Shown here: one piece after another, positions 29,845 to 38,259 of the stretch
How positions within the stretch are numbered: position 1 is the first letter of the stretch
How the letters are laid out: each line of letters starts with the position of its first letter
Assembly (NCBI GenBank): GCA_013415695.1
Contig: JAAEEP010000003.1
Location: 10,882 to 74,881, forward strand
DNA length: 64,000 nt
Direction: 5' to 3'
Source of the DNA: Methanomassiliicoccales archaeon
Lineage (GTDB): Archaea; Thermoplasmatota; Thermoplasmata; Methanomassiliicoccales; JAAEEP01
Position numbers and translations under genes: made by a program
The notes under the pieces: generated by a model
Database searches by the model: none
Seen by the model: only the letters and a program-made list of their open reading frames with translations
Told to the model about the DNA's origin: nothing

Positions 29845-30221
29845 TGGAGGAAAGGAAGGTGCCTTGGAAGAAGCCAAACCCTGAGTTGGTTGACCTACTT
29901 TCAATGGAACTCCAAGATCTCGATTGTGAGCTCAGGAAGATGTTCGGGTCTCCAGCTTACTTCGTTAACGACAACATGTTCATGGGTGTGCATGGTGACC
30001 ATATATTCATGAGGCTGTCCCAGAATGATCGAGAAACCATTCTTGAGGAGCGGGATGATGTCCATCCTTTCATACCAAGGGAGGGAAGGACCATAAAGGA
30101 ATATGTAGCATTTGAAGAATCATTCCTTAGGGATGTCGAAATATTCAGAGAATGGAAGAACAAGTCCTTCGCATTCGTGTCATCCCTTCCAGAGAAGGAG
30201 AAGAAGAGCAAGAATCGATGA
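29844..30221 (+). CDS. TfoX N-terminal domain family protein
   Basis: RKMFGSPAYFVNDNMF; EYV. Confidence 0.8.
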   Translation: MEERKVPWKKPNPELVDLLSMELQDLDCELRKMFGSPAYFVNDNMFMGVHGDHIFMRLSQNDRETILEERDDVHPFIPREGRTIKEYVAFEESFLRDVEIFREWKNKSFAFVSSLPEKEKKSKNR

Positions 30222-30272
30222 CGATATAAAGGAAGCTTTTTCTTTGACCTACTCTGATTATTCAATGATCAA

Positions 30273-30389
30273 ATGGTCACCTTGAAATGCCCAATGTGTG
30301 GGTTGGAATTCACTGCCGACACCGAGGAAGAAGCCAAGAAGATGCTGATAGAACATCGTAAGGAGGAGCACGATAAAGAGGAAAAGTGA
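30273..30389 (+). CDS. Small C2H2 zinc-finger protein (38 aa, DUF1059-like; absent from the ORF track)
   Basis: MVTLKCPMCGLEFTADTEEEAKKMLIEHRKEEHDKEEK*. Confidence 0.75.
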   Translation: MVTLKCPMCGLEFTADTEEEAKKMLIEHRKEEHDKEEK

Positions 30390-30552
30390 GTTCCGATCGT
30401 TGTTGCTTCGCTTTGAAGACAGCGAAACCTCCAGTTATCTATAACTAGAGTGATTAATCTCTTAAAACAACTTCATTGGAAAGGGTTCTCAACTTCTCAA
30501 ATAATCGTTTTCCAATGAGGCCTTTATAAACAAATAAAATCGAACTGGGAGG

Positions 30553-30849
30553 GCGGACGCGGTTGAAATTGGGACCTCGGCTCTGATGGCATAAGCGTGT
30601 CAACAGTACAGGCCATGTAATACATGTAAGTGTCCTGTTGGGGTGACCGCTCACGACCCGGAGCTTAGGAAAAGGCTGAATGTGGAGTACTCCTCAAAGA
30701 AACTTGAAAACTTCTTAAGAGTAAGCAACGATGAACTCAAGGCTTTTACCAGATTGACCGGCAATAATGATGTTCACTCCCTCGATGTGAGGGATCTCTG
30801 CACCGTCAACTCAGAGATATCCGAATACACTAGGATCGGCCATGTATGA
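30553..30849 (+). pseudogene. C-terminal remnant of an FMN-binding glutamate synthase family gene
   Basis: In frame ADAVEIGTSALMA*ACQQYRPCNTCKCPVGVTAHDPELRKRL; internal TAA; N-terminal part missing. Confidence 0.8.
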
Positions 30850-30892
30850 TCTCAATCGCAACTGGTTTTTACCCCTTGGAGGATAAGGGGTC

Positions 30893-31684
30893 GTGGATAC
30901 AGTGGAGACCAAGCTCGGCCATCTGAGGAATACACTGTCTTCTATGGACAACCTGGCGGTTGCCTTCTCTGGGGGCATTGACAGTTCCCTGATTCTCAGA
31001 GTGGCGAGCGATTTGCCGGAAATCAGAGTGATGGCCTTAATGGCGGTTTCGGAATTGGTTTCCCAACATGAGAGTTCCGAAGCTGAGAGAATTGCAGAAT
31101 CACTGGAAGTTCCTTTTCGTAAAGTATCTGTCCAGGTCATGGAAAACGATGCCTTTGTTGAAAACAGCAAGGAAAGATGCTACCTCTGCAAGAGAATGAT
31201 TTTCGAAAGGCTTCTCGAGGCCGCGAGAAAAGAGAATTTGGACATTCTTGTAGACGGGACGAATCTCGATGACCTTGGAGAGGACAGGCCAGGCTTGAGA
31301 GCTCTCGAAGAACTGGGTGTCAGGAGCCCCTTGGCCGAAATTCGAATCTCCAAGACCGATGTAAGGGAGATGGCTCGCAGGCTGAACATGGAAAATGTTG
31401 AAAGACCAGAGAACACTTGCCTGGCCACCCGAATCCCAAGGGGACAGATGATCACCCTAGAAAAACTGCAGAGGATCGATGATGCTGAGTCATTCCTTCG
31501 CTCTCTGGGGGTCCAACAGCTCAGGGTGAGAGACCATGAGGACCTTGCCAGAATTGAAGTCCTTCCAGACCAATTTGAGATCATACTCAACAACGCCAAT
31601 GCGATAGCTATTCGATTTCGAGAGCTAGGATTTCGCTTCATCACCCTGGATTTAGAAGGATTTAGAAGCGGTAGCCTGGGTTGA
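30893..31684 (+). CDS. larE: Nickel-pincer cofactor sulfur transferase LarE
   Basis: PP-loop SGGIDSS, RCYLCK, DGTNLDD, CLATRIP, GFRSGS. Confidence 0.93.
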   Translation: MDTVETKLGHLRNTLSSMDNLAVAFSGGIDSSLILRVASDLPEIRVMALMAVSELVSQHESSEAERIAESLEVPFRKVSVQVMENDAFVENSKERCYLCKRMIFERLLEAARKENLDILVDGTNLDDLGEDRPGLRALEELGVRSPLAEIRISKTDVREMARRLNMENVERPENTCLATRIPRGQMITLEKLQRIDDAESFLRSLGVQQLRVRDHEDLARIEVLPDQFEIILNNANAIAIRFRELGFRFITLDLEGFRSGSLG

Positions 31685-31692
31685 TCGCCATA

Positions 31693-33024
31693 TCACATCG
31701 TCGACTTGGTGAACTTGGTATCTTTGATCAGAGCGGCCGGTGTTAGAGTTGGAGTATCTACCTCCCACCATTTGATCCACTTTCTGTCTCCGCTGAGTTC
31801 TTCCACGGATTGGAGCATTCTTGGTATGTTGTCGCTGATCCTCAATTCTTTTATGGGACCGCCTAGTTCTCCATCCTTGATGACGAACATCGCATCCCTG
31901 GGTATCATGGAGAAATCTCCATTTGTCCAGTTCTGGTACCTTAGATACCAATCGTTCGTGACATAGATACCGCTGTCTACTTTAGAGATAAGTTCTTCAG
32001 TAGTTCCTTTGCCGCTTTCCACAATCAGATTGAAGGGATGAGGATTGATCAGGCCAGCATTGGCTGTTGTCTCGGTTTCCATCTTCTTGGCCGTAGTGCT
32101 GTTGTGGAGATACCCCTTGAGTTCTCCTTTTTCGATTATGGGAGTCTTTCGGACGGGAAGCCCTTCTAGATCGAAGGGGAATGAACCATAGGTTCCTGCC
32201 TGGGTACCATCATCTTCCACCGACAGGTGTCTGGAAGACACCTTCTCTCCCACTTTGTTAGTTAAAAATGATAGTCCAGCGTCCACGAAGAAGGCAGATG
32301 AGGCTCTTCCGACCTGATTGATAAGATCAGCGAAGACCAGAGGTCCTAGGACGGCGTCGCATTCCCCCGGAACTCCGTCCTGAGGGGAGGCTGATGATCT
32401 CGAAAGCATGCCTGCCTCGCGTCCAGCAGCCTCGGCATTAAACTCCCTCTCGGTTCCAGAAACAGAGACGGCATGACCCGAAGATTGTCCCTCTCCAAAG
32501 GCCCTCAAAGAGAGTTCAATGCTTGATTTGAGGGCAACACCAAAGGCTTCACCGCTGGTCTGAAGTGTGATTCTGATGTTCCTAGCGATCAATGAACCAG
32601 CTATTCTCTTTGCCCCTTCTTTCAAACCTGCCTCTACAGCCGCTTCCACGTGACCAACAATCATGTTCGGATTAAGATCAATGCTTGGTTGATTGAGAAG
32701 AGCCCTAGAATAAGTGAATGGCCCTTGCGGTAGGGGAGCGTAGACATCGCCAGGTGGACTTGATTTTGCTTCAGCTACCAACCTTCTTGCGGTTGCTTTC
32801 AAAGACCTCTTTGAGAGGTCTGCGAGATCCGTGCCAGCCTTCCTTTCCTTCACGAAGGTGAAGATATCAGCAGTGGTCTCGTTCAAGTTCTTCGTGACCG
32901 TTATCTGGTTGTTGGAGAATCTTATCATTACTTCCTCAAGCTCCATGACGGTGACCACCGTATCGGTTGCGCCCTCTGCCTTGCACTCTTGGAGCACGAG
33001 GCTGCAAATCTCCTCGGACTTCAC
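31693..33024 (-). CDS. tldE: TldE/PmbA family protein
   Basis: FDLEG, TTANAG; lacks HExxxH; GTGA overlap with tldD. Confidence 0.88.
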   Translation of the reverse strand: MKSEEICSLVLQECKAEGATDTVVTVMELEEVMIRFSNNQITVTKNLNETTADIFTFVKERKAGTDLADLSKRSLKATARRLVAEAKSSPPGDVYAPLPQGPFTYSRALLNQPSIDLNPNMIVGHVEAAVEAGLKEGAKRIAGSLIARNIRITLQTSGEAFGVALKSSIELSLRAFGEGQSSGHAVSVSGTEREFNAEAAGREAGMLSRSSASPQDGVPGECDAVLGPLVFADLINQVGRASSAFFVDAGLSFLTNKVGEKVSSRHLSVEDDGTQAGTYGSFPFDLEGLPVRKTPIIEKGELKGYLHNSTTAKKMETETTANAGLINPHPFNLIVESGKGTTEELISKVDSGIYVTNDWYLRYQNWTNGDFSMIPRDAMFVIKDGELGGPIKELRISDNIPRMLQSVEELSGDRKWIKWWEVDTPTLTPAALIKDTKFTKSTM

Positions 33025-34457
33025 GAAGAACCCCCCAATCTGACATTTCGAAGCCTGACAGGTGGGCCGCCCATCCAGACCGGCATCGCCTGCATCGGAT
33101 CGCCCTTGCCGCAATCGCCGGAAAAGTATTCCACCTCTTTACCTACAGCATCAATGGAGGACCAGAGCCCCGTGGTGGTGATCTCTATGACAGGGTTCTT
33201 TACCAAGCCTTTGATCTCCCCTTTCTCGATGCGATAGCTCTCCAATCCAACGTAACGCTGATTGAATCTTCTATCGTCGATGTTCCATTCCATGAAGTTC
33301 TTGATGAACAAACCGTCCTTGACATCCTCTATCAATTCCTCAAGTTGGTGATCACCTTTCTCTACAAAGGTATTTGACATTCTGACGATAGGTTCCCTGT
33401 CGAATGAAACTGATCTTGAGGAGCCGTTGCTCTCGACTCCGAAGACCCTTGCGGTCTCCCGATTATGCAGAAACTCGTGGATTCTCCCCTCCTTTATGAG
33501 GTATCGTTTCCGGGCTTTGATACATTCATCATCGAATAGATAATAGCCAAAGGACTTTGGAATGGTGGGATCTTCTACCACATTAACCACTTCAGAACCC
33601 ACCTTCCTCCCTATCGAATCTTCATCGAGATATGTCTCCCCAGCTTGGGCGGCCTCCCTTCCCAGCACCCTATCCGCTTCTCCAGGATGTCCACTAGATT
33701 CATGGGACACGATACCGACCACCTCTGGCCCAAGTATCAGATCGTATTCTCCTGATCTGATTCCAGTTGCCTGGTTCAGTACCTTGCCAAGAGTTGTGAC
33801 CTCCTTTCTTGACACGCTTGGAAGGTCCCATCGCTCAACCCCTTCCCAGCCGGATGAGCTGCCCAGTGATAGAAATCTCTGGACAGATCCCTTTTCCGTT
33901 GAAAGAGCTGTGAGTAACATAAAGAGCTCAACCCTGGGTATCCTGCTATAGACCCTTCCCCCATCGGAGGTGATAACCAGTTTCTCTGTCATATGAGTGT
34001 CCAATGACAGGAATCTCCCTGGAAGCTTGACATTGGATTGATCGGCGGCATCGAGTGCTTCAGCATCCGTCTCCTTCAGCAGATCGATCCGACCCTCTAG
34101 AGATACGCTATCGAATGCAATTCTAGTCTTTACCTCTACCTTTCCCTGACTGGCCGGAGTCTCGGCCATTTCTATTGGGCCTCTTCTTAGCTTAGAGGCC
34201 CGCTTGGTCGAGGAAACGACTCTTTTAACCAAGGAGCGGATTTCCCGCTTGTTGAGCTGATTTGTCGCGGCGAAGCCCAGTCCTCCGTCTATCAGGACTC
34301 TCATCCCTATCCCCTTCTTAGTGCTGAATGATGAAACCTCTGGGATACCGTTCTTGAGAAGGTTTGTCTCGTAGTAATCGGTCTGGTATCTCGCCTCTGC
34401 ATATTTACAACCAGCATTCAGGGCAAGATCTAGAGCTAGTTCCAGATAATCTTCCAT
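33021..34457 (-). CDS. tldD: TldD family metalloprotease
   Basis: HESSGHPGEAD, PIVRMSNT, CGKG. Confidence 0.92.
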   Translation of the reverse strand: MEDYLELALDLALNAGCKYAEARYQTDYYETNLLKNGIPEVSSFSTKKGIGMRVLIDGGLGFAATNQLNKREIRSLVKRVVSSTKRASKLRRGPIEMAETPASQGKVEVKTRIAFDSVSLEGRIDLLKETDAEALDAADQSNVKLPGRFLSLDTHMTEKLVITSDGGRVYSRIPRVELFMLLTALSTEKGSVQRFLSLGSSSGWEGVERWDLPSVSRKEVTTLGKVLNQATGIRSGEYDLILGPEVVGIVSHESSGHPGEADRVLGREAAQAGETYLDEDSIGRKVGSEVVNVVEDPTIPKSFGYYLFDDECIKARKRYLIKEGRIHEFLHNRETARVFGVESNGSSRSVSFDREPIVRMSNTFVEKGDHQLEELIEDVKDGLFIKNFMEWNIDDRRFNQRYVGLESYRIEKGEIKGLVKNPVIEITTTGLWSSIDAVGKEVEYFSGDCGKGDPMQAMPVWMGGPPVRLRNVRLGGSS

Positions 34458-34583
34458 TCTCCTCCCTTCTTAATCCAATCACACATCTCCAACAATATAA
34501 AGAGGTTCGTTGTCACCCACGTCAAGGGAAAAAGTCTAGAATCTAGCATAAGGAATACATACCACAAATGCCTAAATTCAATA

Positions 34584-35150
34584 TTGATGCGGGTATCTAT
34601 TACTCTGCTTCAGTATGATCATGGGGTAATTCGCCAGGTCCTTGACTGTCTCAAAGAGATCTTAGAAAATGACTTTCTGGATGAGTATGAGAGGGTCGCC
34701 GTGGACATCCATGACTTCCTTTCGGAGTTCATGGATAGATTCCATCACAGAAAGGAAGAAAATTTCATCTTTCCATCAGTCTCCAATAAGTCTGATGAGA
34801 CGGCCAGGATATCAGATTCTCTTATCAGAGATCATGAAAAAGCCCGAGAATTTCTGGCCAGGATGAAAAAATCAATTAGTGAAGGGTCGATATCAGATAG
34901 ATCGAGCTTCATTGAGGCTGGAAAGAATTTAGTCAGACACGTTACGGATCACATCAAGGAAGAGGAGGAACGTGCATTTCCCATCTTCGAGGGGATCATC
35001 TCTGTTGAGGAAGACATCGACATCTATACTGAATGCGAGAGATTCGTGGTTGACGAGTTCGATGCGGATTTCATGCGTAGAAATGAAGACCGTGCCTTCG
35101 AAATAGAGAACAAGGTGTTGGGGCCAGGATACTACGAGGGTATTGCCTAG
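34584..35150 (+). CDS. Hemerythrin/HHE domain protein
   Basis: DH, HHRKEE, DH, HIKEEE. Confidence 0.88.
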   Translation: MMRVSITLLQYDHGVIRQVLDCLKEILENDFLDEYERVAVDIHDFLSEFMDRFHHRKEENFIFPSVSNKSDETARISDSLIRDHEKAREFLARMKKSISEGSISDRSSFIEAGKNLVRHVTDHIKEEEERAFPIFEGIISVEEDIDIYTECERFVVDEFDADFMRRNEDRAFEIENKVLGPGYYEGIA

Positions 35151-35276
35151 TCATTGAACTATAAAAAAGCCTGAGCTAAAGCGTCCCAAAGGAACATATT
35201 TCGCTATATGGAAAGGCATAGCCTATGCTGCCAACACGATCCTATCATTGGCGTCTTTGAAAGAGATCCAGGTCTT

Positions 35277-35660
35277 TCACCTAAGTACTATGGTATCGGC
35301 CTGACCATTCTTCCATGTGACATCCATCGCGACCTTACCGTTGCCTGCTTGGATGGAGACTGATTTTACGGTGGCGGTGTAGGTTGCCGCCCTGCCCCTA
35401 GCAGATGTCCTGACATATCCTGTCTCAGCGAGGATCCCAAGTTTTGTCATCCTCTCCACAAGCTTGTAGCATGTGGTGAGCGGTATCCCAAGGAACGATG
35501 CCAGATCATTAACTGTCATCTCCTTCCTGACGGTCAGAGCAAGGATCTCGAGAACTGCTGGATTGATCATGCTATCCGCAAGTTCATCCTTCTGATCGGT
35601 CGCTAGTTTGATCGCATCCCATATAGAGTATTCCCTACAACTATCCAGAGCTGTGAACAA
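35277..35660 (-). CDS. Winged-helix (ArsR-like) regulator
   Basis: MTVNDLASFLGIPLTTCYKLV...GR...Y. Confidence 0.75.
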   Translation of the reverse strand: MFTALDSCREYSIWDAIKLATDQKDELADSMINPAVLEILALTVRKEMTVNDLASFLGIPLTTCYKLVERMTKLGILAETGYVRTSARGRAATYTATVKSVSIQAGNGKVAMDVTWKNGQADTIVLR

Positions 35661-35795
35661 TACCCCATCCCTCCGATAGAACTTAAACGCATTCTTAATT
35701 AATAAAGTTTCTGGCCAGTTATCATTTAGAGGAAAGAATTTATCCCATTTTAGCGGTTGAATTCGACGTTACCGTACGAAAATGAGATTGCCGAG

Positions 35796-35901
35796 CGCCG
35801 AGGGGGAGATTCGAACTCCCGTGGCGCAGAGCGCCAGTGGCTCACTCGGGCATCCAATGCCACTCGAGGCCACCGCCTTGACCTGGCTAGGCTACCTCGG
35901 C
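35796..35901 (-). tRNA. tRNA-Ser(CGA) with a 20-nt intron (35843-35862) at position 37/38
   Basis: GCCGAGG/CCTCGGC acceptor stem, G discriminator, long variable arm, GTTCGAATC T-loop, bulge-helix-bulge motif. Confidence 0.95.
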
Positions 35902-36037
35902 AAACGGCAAGCCATTATTTTTCTGGTATTTCTATGTTTAGCCCCTTGTAATTTGAAGTTTGAGCTTAACTCTTCTCGGGAAGGGACTCTTGTGATAATC
36001 AAAATGAATTTATTGAGAAAGCTCTAATCGATAGATT

Positions 36038-36451
36038 ATGAGAGAGATCGAGGACATGAGGGCGGATGAAGTGATGGAGAAGGATGTCGTCTATGTATCC
36101 CCCATAACAACGGTGAAGGAGTTGAAAGATCTCTTCGAGAAGCATGACTATAATTCCTTCCCTGTAGTGGAGAAAGGGGAAATCGTGGGTATTGTGAGCA
36201 AGCTCGACTTTCTCAAGATATTCACGATGGGAACGCATTTCTCAAGGTCCGATTATTGGAAGTTGTTCGCTGAGAATGTTGGAGGGGTGATGAGGCGCGC
36301 CGTCATTTCCGTTGAGCCCGATGATAGTTTGAGGAAGGTTGTTGAATACATGGTTGAGTTCAATCTAAGGAGTCTTCCTGTGGTTGAAGGGAGCAAACTT
36401 GTCGGCATCATCTCAAGGAAAGACGTTATGTCCCACCTTCTCCTCGATTGA
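36038..36451 (+). CDS. CBS domain pair protein
   Basis: FPVVE..IVGIVS; LPVVE..LVGIIS. Confidence 0.93.
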   Translation: MREIEDMRADEVMEKDVVYVSPITTVKELKDLFEKHDYNSFPVVEKGEIVGIVSKLDFLKIFTMGTHFSRSDYWKLFAENVGGVMRRAVISVEPDDSLRKVVEYMVEFNLRSLPVVEGSKLVGIISRKDVMSHLLLD

Positions 36452-36511
36452 ATGAATCGAAGACTTTCGTAGGATGAGTAATTTCTTAAGGGATAATGCA
36501 ATCTTTAGAGC

Positions 36512-36718
36512 ATGCTCCTGAAGATCACGGTTGAAGAAAATGGAAATTCTACAGAAGTGAATTTCAAAGAGTCGATCGATGCGAGCGATCTTCTTGAATC
36601 ACTAGGGAGACATCCCGATGGACATATCGTTATTCGAGATGATCTTCCGATTCCCCTGACAGAAACACTTCTAGATGGAGATCGCATAAGAATCATTCGG
36701 GTCGCTTCCGGCGGATAA
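36512..36718 (+). CDS. MoaD/ThiS/SAMP ubiquitin-like protein
   Basis: 68 aa ending LDGDRIRIIRVASGG. Confidence 0.88.
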   Translation: MLLKITVEENGNSTEVNFKESIDASDLLESLGRHPDGHIVIRDDLPIPLTETLLDGDRIRIIRVASGG

Positions 36719-36839
36719 TTTCCCTTTTCGACAAAAATCCTCGATTACCGAAAGGCCCATGTTCGAAGCAATTGGATTAACACTTTGAAGAAACATCAGC
36801 ATCGAAAAATATTTAAATATTGATGCATGGTTAAAGGAG

Positions 36840-36995
36840 TGGAAAAGCAGATAAGTCTGCCTAATATCATCATCACTATCATCTAATCACATGACCCGTA
36901 TGGGATAACATTAGGATATGTTGATCCATGTGAAGAAAGGCATATGCCTACTGGCTTAAAGAGTCGGGATAAAGAGGCTGAAAGCTGTTTTTCCA
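36840..36995 (+). ncRNA. Candidate structured 5' leader of dnaG
   Basis: 11-bp closing stem with internal multibranch hairpins downstream of a TATA box. Confidence 0.45.
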
Positions 36996-37015
36996 ACACC
37001 ATTGAGGTGACCCCA

Positions 37016-38257
37016 ATGAACATCGATCCTAGCACCACCAAATACATGATCAAAGCAAGATTAGTTGCAGACGGCATAGTCGAAAAGCCGGACGTGGTGG
37101 GCGCTATTTTTGGTCAAACTGAAGGTTTACTCGGTGATGAGCTCGACCTTAGAGATCTTCAAAAAAGCGGTCGCATCGGCCGTATTGAGGTGGAGGTCGG
37201 TTCCAAGCAGGGGAAGTCAGAAGGGGAGATTCTCATACCTTCAAGCTTGGATCAGGTAGAGACCGTCATTCTAGCGGCTGCACTGGAAACCATCGATAGG
37301 GTGGGCCCGTGCAAGGCCAAAATCAACGTCGAGTCTATCGAGGATGTCCGCATATCAAAGAGGGCTCGAATAATTGATAGGGCCCGTTCGTTACTTGGCG
37401 ATCTCATCAAACAATCAAAATCGAGTGGAATAGACCTGACCGAAAGCGTCCGTCAATCCGTCCAAATGGAGGAAATAATTCACTTTGGCAGGGAGAGATT
37501 ACCTGCCGGTCCAAACGTTACAGAATCAGATGCTATTATCATAGTCGAAGGACGTTCGGATGTGCTCAACTTATTGCGTTCCGGCATCAAGAACGCAATT
37601 GCTGTTGAGGGTACTAATGTACCCCGAACCATCAGCGATCTTTCCAAGGAAAGGATAATCACTGCATTCGTCGACGGTGACCGCGGAGGAGAGTTGATCC
37701 TGAGGGAGCTCTTTCAAGTGGCTGAAGTGGACTTCGTGGCTCGCGCTCCAAAAGGCCAGGAGGTAGAAGAACTCACCCAGAAACAGATCATGAAGTGTCT
37801 CCGGAACAAGATTCCAGGGGAGCAATTCATTGAGATGTACGGTCTGGGAGGGGAGGTTGCGCACCATGAGGAGGTGCACAGACCTGTAGAGAGACATGAG
37901 CGTGTAGAGATACCAGCAAAGATCGAAGTAGTGGAGGAAAAGAAACCTTCAAAGAAGCTTTCCTCAACTCAAGAGAAATACAAGGAGATCATTAACGAGC
38001 TCTCCTCTACATCCAAGGCAAAGCTCCTTAATGGAAAGGGCACCGTAGTGAAAGAGGTTCCAGTTAGGGAACTTGTGAACTCGCTCAAGAATGATTCCAA
38101 AGGGATAGCTGCAATAGTATTCGACGGTATTGTCACCCAGAGGATACTTGACATCGCTGCAGAGCAGAAGATCTCCACCATTGTGGGAACGAAGATGGGT
38201 AACATCACCAAACAACCCACGTCCGTGGAGGTGTGGACAAAAAGCGATCTAAATTGA
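37016..38257 (+). CDS. dnaG: Archaeal DnaG (primase-like, exosome-associated)
   Basis: VEKPDVVGAIFGQTEGLLG, TOPRIM motifs VEGRSD and DGDRGG; GAGGTGA SD before ATG 37016. Confidence 0.96.
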   Translation: MNIDPSTTKYMIKARLVADGIVEKPDVVGAIFGQTEGLLGDELDLRDLQKSGRIGRIEVEVGSKQGKSEGEILIPSSLDQVETVILAAALETIDRVGPCKAKINVESIEDVRISKRARIIDRARSLLGDLIKQSKSSGIDLTESVRQSVQMEEIIHFGRERLPAGPNVTESDAIIIVEGRSDVLNLLRSGIKNAIAVEGTNVPRTISDLSKERIITAFVDGDRGGELILRELFQVAEVDFVARAPKGQEVEELTQKQIMKCLRNKIPGEQFIEMYGLGGEVAHHEEVHRPVERHERVEIPAKIEVVEEKKPSKKLSSTQEKYKEIINELSSTSKAKLLNGKGTVVKEVPVRELVNSLKNDSKGIAAIVFDGIVTQRILDIAAEQKISTIVGTKMGNITKQPTSVEVWTKSDLN

Positions 38258-38259
38258 AG

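Noticed and set aside
35789-35802. CTCGGC duplicated at the tRNA-Ser 3' end as a possible att scar
   Set aside because: Only 6 bp, with no integrase or distal repeat seen
35757-36027. ORFs overlapping the tRNA
   Set aside because: Spurious translations across the tRNA gene
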